Shown: positions 57,702 through 64,000 of the stretch, one piece after another
Layout: each line of letters starts with the position of its first letter
Numbering within the stretch: position 1 is the first letter of the stretch
NCBI GenBank assembly: GCA_018335675.1
Contig: JAGXRQ010000129.1
Location: 6,253-70,252 of the forward strand
Direction: 5' to 3'
DNA length: 64,000 nucleotides
DNA from: Bacteroidota bacterium
GTDB lineage: Bacteria > Bacteroidota > Bacteroidia > Bacteroidales > UBA7960
Notes under the pieces: generated by a model
What the model saw: the letters and a program-made list of their open reading frames with translations, nothing else
Told to the model about the DNA's origin: nothing
Databases searched by the model: none
Made by a program: the position numbers and the translations under genes

Positions 57702-58097
57702 ATGAGTGTAGAAGTAATTTTAGGTGAAAACCTTAAAGTAGATGTAAACTATAGAGGTACAATTATCAAAACTGATCAACCAACAATGGCAGGAGGAGAT
57801 GGCTCAGCTCCATCACCTATGGATTTGTTTTTTGCTTCAATTGCAGCTTGTGCAGGGTATTATGCTAAGGCTTTTTGTCTGGGAAGAGGTATATCTTATG
57901 AAGGTATTAAAATAACGATGGATATGAGTCGCAGCCTTGAAACACGTCTTGTTGATAATGTAGTTATCAATGTTGAATTACCATCAGGTTTTCCTGAGAA
58001 ATATACTCCTGCTCTAATTAAATCAGTTGAATCATGTGCTGTGAAAAAACATATTAATGCAGGTATGAATTTTCAAGTTAATTCATCAAATTTGTAG
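57702..58097 (+). CDS. OsmC-family protein
   Basis: 131 aa. GGDGSAPSPMDLFFASIAACAG and a second Cys in VESCAVKKH. Confidence 0.8.
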   Translation: MSVEVILGENLKVDVNYRGTIIKTDQPTMAGGDGSAPSPMDLFFASIAACAGYYAKAFCLGRGISYEGIKITMDMSRSLETRLVDNVVINVELPSGFPEKYTPALIKSVESCAVKKHINAGMNFQVNSSNL

Positions 58098-58118
58098 TCT
58101 TTAACTAAAGTATAAAAA

Positions 58119-58481
58119 GTGAATAAAAAAACATTAGTTCTTGGAGTTAGTCCAAACCCATTGAAATATTCGCATAAAGCCGTCAAGAGGCTGTTGGAAA
58201 ATGGGATTGAAGTTCATGCTGTGGGCAAATATGTTACTACTGTTGATGATTTGGAAGTAAAAAATGAACCCTATCCCATTGATGGAATTCATACAATTGC
58301 TTTGTACTTAAATGCTCAGAATCAGAAAGAATACTACGATTATATTCTAAGCCTAAAACCACAAAGAATAGTTTTTAATCCCGGAACTTATAACGACGAG
58401 CTTATTAAGCTTGCTAAAGACAATGGCATTAAAGTCGTAGAAGATTGTGTTTTAGTTATGCTAAGGTCAGGCGATTATTGA
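58119..58481 (+). CDS. CoA-binding domain protein (YccU/YneT-like)
   Basis: 120 aa. TLVLGVSPNPLKYSHKAVKRLLENG..V..VG is typical. GTG start. Confidence 0.78.
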   Translation: MNKKTLVLGVSPNPLKYSHKAVKRLLENGIEVHAVGKYVTTVDDLEVKNEPYPIDGIHTIALYLNAQNQKEYYDYILSLKPQRIVFNPGTYNDELIKLAKDNGIKVVEDCVLVMLRSGDY

Positions 58482-58560
58482 TTTGTTGAGCAAAATAACA
58501 TTTCCAATAGACATATATTGGGGTTTGTTAATCTAATTTTTAAGGCTTTAGAAAGAAATA

Positions 58561-58606
58561 AAGAATTATTGTTTGCAGATTATTTTGCGACAATAATTCT
58601 TTTTTG
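58561..58606 (+). terminator. Hairpin plus T-run downstream of the CoA-binding protein gene
   Basis: AAGAATTATTGT (58561-58572) pairs with ACAATAATTCTT (58590-58601) across a 17-nt loop, followed by TTTT. Confidence 0.45.
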
Positions 58607-58682
58607 TAATTTTAACTCTCTAACAATTCAATTATAATATTCTTTTTCGGTTATTTGCATATTAATCCAAAACAATAAAGTC

Positions 58683-59627
58683 ATGAAAAAAATAATTGTT
58701 TTTGCATCTGTAATATTGCTTTCTTGTGCTGTATTTTCGCAGATCCCAGCAAGCTGGCAGGGGCATGATTCAAGAATTACATCTATTTCATTTACAAACG
58801 ATGGTAAACATATAGCAACAGGCTGTTTTGATGGTATTGTTACAATTTGGAAAACTACAGACGGTAAAAAGGTAAGAGAAATAGTTGCTCATACAGATGC
58901 TGTAAATGGAATAGCATTCTCTCATGATAATTCAAGAATGGTTACAATTAGTAGTGATTTGAGAATAAAAGTATGGGATTTTGCAACAGGTGACAATATT
59001 TCAAATGCTCCCGCACATGGTGGTAGCATAAATTCTATAACGCTAAACCCTATCAAAGATGAGTTTATAACTACGGGTGATGATAAAATGTTTAGAATTT
59101 GGGAAGTTAATCCTTTGAAAATGACTTTAAGTCAAGTTGTGCATGCCACTGAAGTAAACGATGCTGTTTTTAATCATGATGGTAATAATATTATTACTGT
59201 AGGCTCAGATACTCATGTAAAACTTCTTGGTAGACGTCGTGGAAATGTTCTTGCAACTTTAAAAGGTCATGAAGGACCAATTAAATCTGCCAGATACAAT
59301 CACAATGGAAGATTTTTGGCTACTGCTGGTTTTGATAAATTAATTAAGATTTGGGATGTTAATACTCGTAGAGAAAGGCATTCACTTGAAGGACATATTG
59401 AAAACATCTATTCTGTAGCATTCATGCCTGATTCAAATTTTCTTGCATCAGGTGGCGATGACCTATATATTATAATTTGGAATGCTTCCTCAGGTGAAAG
59501 GGTCAAAACTATAGAAACCAATGTTACATTGCGATCACTAACTTTTTCTCCTGATGGAAAATTGCTTGTTTTTGGTGATGAAACAGGGAAAATTCATGTT
59601 TTGAAAACTAAAGAAATTCTCGAATAA
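58683..59627 (+). CDS. Signal-peptide WD40 (seven-bladed beta-propeller) repeat protein
   Basis: Signal peptide IIVFASVILLSCAVFSQ. Seven repeats follow with the GH...(I/V)W(K/D/E/N) pattern: TIWK, KVWD, RIWE, KIWD, IIWN and others. Confidence 0.85.
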   Translation: MKKIIVFASVILLSCAVFSQIPASWQGHDSRITSISFTNDGKHIATGCFDGIVTIWKTTDGKKVREIVAHTDAVNGIAFSHDNSRMVTISSDLRIKVWDFATGDNISNAPAHGGSINSITLNPIKDEFITTGDDKMFRIWEVNPLKMTLSQVVHATEVNDAVFNHDGNNIITVGSDTHVKLLGRRRGNVLATLKGHEGPIKSARYNHNGRFLATAGFDKLIKIWDVNTRRERHSLEGHIENIYSVAFMPDSNFLASGGDDLYIIIWNASSGERVKTIETNVTLRSLTFSPDGKLLVFGDETGKIHVLKTKEILE

Positions 59628-59658
59628 GTTTTTTAATTATTTAATTCTATTAAATAAT

Positions 59659-59694
59659 TACTTTTGCGTCACAAAAGTACTTTACTTTCTTTTA
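59659..59694 (+). terminator. Hairpin plus T-rich tail after the WD40 gene
   Basis: TACTTTTG-CGTCA-CAAAAGTA, followed by CTTTACTTTCTTTT. Confidence 0.5.
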
Positions 59695-59837
59695 CAATAA
59701 TTCATATTACTGAAAATTAATTGATTTCTATAATTTTGTTTATAGGCTTACTCAATGTTTGATTATTTGGAAAATATTTTGGTAATCAAATAAACTGTTA
59801 AGCCTATTGTTTTATAAAAACCTTAACATATATAACT

Positions 59838-61022
59838 ATGAATACAAAAAAAGCAGGTTTCAACACCAAACTGGTACATGCCGGAATGATTGAAGATCAA
59901 TTTGGTAGTGCAACAGTTCCAATTTATCAAACTTCTACTTTCAGGTTTAAAAGCGCCGATCATGGTGCAGAGTGCTTCGCTGATGATACTCACGGATATA
60001 TTTATACCCGTATTAACAATCCCACTATCGATGCTCTTGAAAATTTAGTTGCTGAATTAGAAAATGGTTATAGAGCAATTGCTACAGCATCAGGCATGGG
60101 AGCCGTAAATACCATTTATATGGCACTGCTTAGCCAGGGAGATCATATGGTTAGTACTGCAGCTGTTTATGGTCCATCTAGAGTTGTAATGGAAAAGCAT
60201 TATTCAAGATTTGGAATTGAGGCAACTTATGTTAATACTTCTAACCCAAAAGATGTAAAAAAAGCAATTAAACCCAACACAAAAGTTCTTTTCATAGAAA
60301 CTCCTTCAAATCCTACAATGGACATTACAGACATAAAGGAGATGGTGAAAATTGCCAAAGAACATAACCTAATTACAGTTGTAGATAACACTTTTTGTGG
60401 TCCATATTTACAGATGCCACTAGATATGGGCATTGATATAGTATTCCATTCGGTTACAAAATCAATGAATGGTCATGCCGATATTGTTGGAGGAATTATT
60501 ATTGTTAAGGAAAAAGAGCTTTACAAAAAAGTTAGAGCTATGATGGTTACACTTGGATGTAATATGGATCCTCATCAAGCATATATGGTTATTAGAGGAT
60601 TAAAAACTTTATCATTGAGAGTTGAAAAATGTCAGGAAAATGCCAAAGTTGTTGCCAAGTTTCTTGAAGACCATCCAAAAATTGCATGGGTAAGATATCC
60701 TGGTTTAAAATCACATCCTCAATATAAGCTCGCTCAAAAACAGATGAATGGTCCTGGTGCTATGATTTCATTTGAAGTTAAAGGTGGTTTAAAAGCAGGC
60801 AAAGTATTAATGGATAATGTTAAACTAGCTATTTTAGCAGTTTCGTTGGGCGGTATAGAAACATTAATTCAACACCCGGCATCAATGACTCATTCAAAAA
60901 TGGATAAAGCATCTAGAGAAAGTGCAGGAATTACCGATGGATTAGTAAGATTTTCAGTAGGGATTGAAAATGTTGAAGATATTATTGCAGATTTGTCGCA
61001 GGCATTGGAAAAAATTAAATAA
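59838..61022 (+). CDS. Cys/Met-metabolism PLP-dependent enzyme, most like methionine gamma-lyase
   Basis: 394 aa. YTRINNPT, the PLP-lysine motif SVTKSMNGH, and the C-terminal part LVRFSVGIE. Assignment to MGL rather than a cystathionine or O-acylhomoserine enzyme is tentative. Confidence 0.85.
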   Translation: MNTKKAGFNTKLVHAGMIEDQFGSATVPIYQTSTFRFKSADHGAECFADDTHGYIYTRINNPTIDALENLVAELENGYRAIATASGMGAVNTIYMALLSQGDHMVSTAAVYGPSRVVMEKHYSRFGIEATYVNTSNPKDVKKAIKPNTKVLFIETPSNPTMDITDIKEMVKIAKEHNLITVVDNTFCGPYLQMPLDMGIDIVFHSVTKSMNGHADIVGGIIIVKEKELYKKVRAMMVTLGCNMDPHQAYMVIRGLKTLSLRVEKCQENAKVVAKFLEDHPKIAWVRYPGLKSHPQYKLAQKQMNGPGAMISFEVKGGLKAGKVLMDNVKLAILAVSLGGIETLIQHPASMTHSKMDKASRESAGITDGLVRFSVGIENVEDIIADLSQALEKIK

Positions 61023-61057
61023 AAGCTTATAAAACCATTAAAAATATTAGTATTTTT

Positions 61058-61092
61058 GTCTCCCTCAAAAAAATGATGGGAGACTTTTTTTT
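61058..61092 (+). terminator. Rho-independent terminator
   Basis: GTCTCCC...GGGAGAC stem followed by T8. Confidence 0.7.
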
Positions 61093-61189
61093 ATAATTAA
61101 CTGATATTTAACTTTTTATTGAAGCAAAACGCTTTAATCAATTAGCATTCATCCTATAACCAATGTGTTATTAACTTATTTTTATACTA

Positions 61190-63379
61190 ATGGAAAACAA
61201 AGAAAAACTTAACCCTGCAATTGAAATTAATACAGATATTCAAACAGAGGATAAGAGCACTGATCCGGCCACTAAAGCCGGTGAGACAAAGAAGAGAGTA
61301 GTAAAGGCTAAAGCAGTAAAGGCTGAAACTGAAGAAAAAAAGAAGAAGGTTGCAAAGCCAAAAGCAGTTAAGTCTGAAACAGAGGAAAAAAAGAAGAAAG
61401 CTGCTAAGCCAAAAGTAGTTAAAGCTGAACCTGAGGATAAAAAGGAAAAGCCTAAAAAGACTACTAAAAAGACACAACCAGAGAAAGAAATTGAAGTAAC
61501 TGACGCAGTAGATGAAAAATCTGTTTCTACAGAAAGCGTAGTAGAGACTACTGTTGTTGCTGAAAAACCAAAGAAAGCTGTTTCTAAAACTGAAAAACCC
61601 AAATCAGATGATTCAGAAAACCAAGAAGAGGAAGAAGATATTAATCTGAAATACGATGGTTACACAAAAGAACAGTTGGTTGAAGTTGTTGAAGCTCTCG
61701 TTCAGCATGAAGATGTTAACCATATAAGAAAATACATTGGTGCTATAAAAGTTGCATTCAGAAAGCTCGTTAAGAGTGAAAGTCTATCATCTCTTGAGAA
61801 AAACTTTTCTGATGGCAGTGAAGAGCATGATACTAATGAAGAAAATGAGGAGGTTACAGTATCAACTGATCCTCTTGTAGAAAGATTTGATAAGTCTTTT
61901 TCAATTTATAAGGAAAAGAAAAATGCATATGATGTTGCATTTGAAAAGCAAAAGACAGATAACCTCAAAGAAAAAGAGTCAATTCTTGAAGAACTTAGAA
62001 ATCTTGTAGATTCAGAAGAAGAGCTTAAGAAAACATACGACCAGTTTAAAAACCTTCAGGAAAGGTGGAAAGAAATTGGTCCTGTTCCGCAAAATGCAAA
62101 AAGCACATTATGGAACAACTTTAATTTTCTTGTCGAGAAATTCTTTGATAAAGTTAAAATTAATAAAGAGCTTAAAGATCTTGACCTTAAAAAGAATCTT
62201 GAAGCAAAAACTGAACTTTGCGAAAAAGCTGAAGAATTGTTTTTGGAGCCTTCAATTACAAAATCATTCCAGCAATTACAGAAACTACATGAAGCTTGGA
62301 AAGAAATAGGCCCAGTCTCAAAAGACATGAAAGATATTCTTTGGGAAAGGTTTAAAACTGCCAGTGATAAACTAAATCAACGTAGGCAAGATTTTTATGA
62401 TGGGTTAAGAGATGAGCAAAAGAAGAATTATTCCGCAAAACTTGTTCTTTGTGAAAAAGCTGAACAAATAGTTGAACTTCAACCTGATAACGTACGTGAC
62501 TGGAAAGAAAACACCGACCAGATAAATGAGCTTTTCAAAGTTTGGAAAACTATTGGGTATGCACCTAAAAAGGTAAATAATGAAATATGGAACCGTTTTA
62601 TAGCGGCAATAGATAAATTCTTTAAGAACAAAAAGAATTTCTTTAAACAATTTAAAGATCAACTTACTGAAAACTATAACCAGAAATTGAATCTTTGCAT
62701 TCAGGCAGAAGCAATTAAGGATAGTGAAGATTGGAAGCAAACAACAGATCAGCTTATTGCATTACAACAAGAATGGAAGAAGATAGGCCCAACTCCAAAT
62801 AAGTATTCCGATAAAGTTTGGAAAAGGTTTAGAGAAGCATGTGATCATTTCTTTAACAGAAAATCTGAATATTTCTCAAATATTGGTGAAAAGCAATCTG
62901 AAAATCTGAAAAAGAAACTTGAACTTATTGAAAAAGTTAAGAATTTTGAATATACAGATGACAATAATCAGAACCTTAAAACATTAAACGAATTTCAACG
63001 TGAATGGATGAATATAGGTCATGTGCCTATCAAGCAGAAAGAAAAGATTCAAAAGGAATTTAAGAAGATTATTGACGAGCTGTTTGAAAAATTAAAGATT
63101 AGCCAAAGGTCGCAAAAAGCATATTCTTTTAAATCAAAAATTGAGAATTTAAAAAATGCTCCAAATGCGGATAATATTATTTACAAAGAAAAGTCGTTCC
63201 TAGTAAATAAAATCAACGGACTTAATAATGACATTAAAGTTTGGGAAAATAATATTGGATTTTTTGCGTCTTCAAAGAAAGCTGATGTTTTAAAGGCTGA
63301 ATTTGAACAAAAAATTAAAAGAGCTAAAGAAGAGATTAAAGTAATAGAGGAGAAATTAAAAATCCTTCAAAGTATGTAA
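61190..63379 (+). CDS. DUF349 repeat protein with a Lys/Glu/Pro-rich repetitive N-terminal region
   Basis: At least five repeats of the W-x-x-F....F motif occur after K(E/D)..W(K/M).IGP(V/T). Examples are WKEIGPVPQN..LWNNFNFLVEKFF, WKEIGPVSKD..LWERFK, WKKIGPTPNK..VWKRFREACDHFF and WMNIGHVP. The N-terminus has 17-aa tandem repeats KAVKxETEEKKKKxAKP. Confidence 0.85.
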   Translation: MENKEKLNPAIEINTDIQTEDKSTDPATKAGETKKRVVKAKAVKAETEEKKKKVAKPKAVKSETEEKKKKAAKPKVVKAEPEDKKEKPKKTTKKTQPEKEIEVTDAVDEKSVSTESVVETTVVAEKPKKAVSKTEKPKSDDSENQEEEEDINLKYDGYTKEQLVEVVEALVQHEDVNHIRKYIGAIKVAFRKLVKSESLSSLEKNFSDGSEEHDTNEENEEVTVSTDPLVERFDKSFSIYKEKKNAYDVAFEKQKTDNLKEKESILEELRNLVDSEEELKKTYDQFKNLQERWKEIGPVPQNAKSTLWNNFNFLVEKFFDKVKINKELKDLDLKKNLEAKTELCEKAEELFLEPSITKSFQQLQKLHEAWKEIGPVSKDMKDILWERFKTASDKLNQRRQDFYDGLRDEQKKNYSAKLVLCEKAEQIVELQPDNVRDWKENTDQINELFKVWKTIGYAPKKVNNEIWNRFIAAIDKFFKNKKNFFKQFKDQLTENYNQKLNLCIQAEAIKDSEDWKQTTDQLIALQQEWKKIGPTPNKYSDKVWKRFREACDHFFNRKSEYFSNIGEKQSENLKKKLELIEKVKNFEYTDDNNQNLKTLNEFQREWMNIGHVPIKQKEKIQKEFKKIIDELFEKLKISQRSQKAYSFKSKIENLKNAPNADNIIYKEKSFLVNKINGLNNDIKVWENNIGFFASSKKADVLKAEFEQKIKRAKEEIKVIEEKLKILQSM

Positions 63380-63406
63380 TTATAAACAACTAAATAATTT
63401 GAGGAA

Positions 63407-64000
63407 ATGAAAAAGCTTGTTCTGGGAATATTTGTTGTTACATTATTTAGCTTTAACCTTAAAGCTATTGACTATGGAATTAGGGGAGGAGTTAATTTCT
63501 CATCTCTTCCTAATGTTGAAGTAGATTTAGGAAATTACAAACTCTTTGGTGAACCGGATAATTATTTTGGTTATCACATTGGAGGATTTACTCAGGTTAA
63601 GTTCTTATCTTTATATTTTCAACCTGAAATCCTTTTCACATCTGTAGGCACTTTTATGCGCCTGGAGGAAGTTGAAAATGATATTACTTTTGAAATTAAC
63701 AGAGCTTATTTCAAAACCCGATATTATAAAGTTGATGTACCTCTTATGATTGGGCCACATATTGGTCCGGTTAGATTGGGAGTTGGTCCTGTTTACTCAC
63801 TAATGCTAGGTCATTCAAATGATTACGATGCTGAAATATTGGGAGTTGACTACAAACAGAATTTATTCCTTTCAAATTTTGGATATCAGATTGCGGCAGG
63901 AATATCGCTGGGAAATCTAATACTAGACCTTAAGTATGAAGCCGGTTTGAGTAAATTTGGAGATACTGTTACAGTTGGTAGTGTTACAAACCCATTTAAT
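63407..64000 (+). CDS. Outer-membrane beta-barrel (porin/OmpA-barrel-like) protein, 3' end outside the window
   Basis: Manual translation from the ATG at 63407 gives MKKLVLGIFVVTLFSFNLKAIDYGIRGGVNFSSL... The frame is open to the window end (198 codons). This is a typical Bacteroidota small OM barrel N-terminus. Confidence 0.65.
   Translation, partial: MKKLVLGIFVVTLFSFNLKAIDYGIRGGVNFSSLPNVEVDLGNYKLFGEPDNYFGYHIGGFTQVKFLSLYFQPEILFTSVGTFMRLEEVENDITFEINRAYFKTRYYKVDVPLMIGPHIGPVRLGVGPVYSLMLGHSNDYDAEILGVDYKQNLFLSNFGYQIAAGISLGNLILDLKYEAGLSKFGDTVTVGSVTNPFN

Noticed and set aside
59659-59679. Palindrome TACTTTTG-CGTCA-CAAAAGTA upstream of the Met/Cys PLP enzyme gene, considered as an operator or riboswitch
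   Set aside because: It lies 32 nt after the WD40 stop and is followed by a T-rich tail, so a terminator explains it. The 160 nt before the PLP-enzyme gene show no SAM-riboswitch-like conserved GC-rich helices.
61187-61602. Minus-strand ORFs of 96 and 120 aa overlapping the start of the DUF349 gene
   Set aside because: They are antisense to a Lys/Glu-rich low-complexity coding region. AAG/GAA repeats read as CTT/TTC on the other strand, giving stop-free Phe/Leu/Ser-rich shadow frames.

Overview
This window is an AT-rich, very gene-dense chromosomal segment that reads like a Bacteroidota genome. Supporting signs are a FeoA-FeoB fusion, GWxTD, DUF4154, DUF3822-like and LptD-like proteins, recurrent TAnnTTTG -7 promoter motifs and several TTG starts. 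I can support about 62 protein-coding genes. Most are housekeeping: photolyase, yidC, pyrG, rpe, rlmB, ung, mpl, ilvE, PBP4, MlaD, amidase, LptD-like, rsmD, coaD, pyrE, birA, rsfS, ftsH, cdsA, psd, recQ, feoAB, dxs, zupT and a Met/Cys PLP enzyme. I saw no rRNA, tRNA, CRISPR array, transposase, integrase or known defence gene. Two genes are missing from the ORF track. One is a truncated PBP1C-like N-terminus on the minus strand at the left edge. The other is a 55-aa FeoB-associated Cys-rich membrane protein. The most unusual content, in order of interest: (1) Three intergenic arrays with strict 7-nt periodicity. One 143-nt spacer is built entirely from 11 perfect TATAGGG units, giving (GGGTATA)n G-quadruplex potential, followed by (TTTTAAC)n. 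A second, related two-part array sits 4.7 kb away in the same orientation. (2) A YfiR-like periplasmic protein followed by two tandem membrane sensors (4-helix or Cache, HAMP, GAF, coiled coil, PAS) with no recognisable output domain. (3) Three eukaryote-like repeat proteins: an ankyrin protein fused to a predicted outer-membrane barrel, a signal-peptide WD40 protein and an LRR protein. (4) An orphan SiaC-like (DUF1987) partner-switch protein. All functional calls come from reading motifs by eye, with no database search. The system-level ideas are hypotheses.
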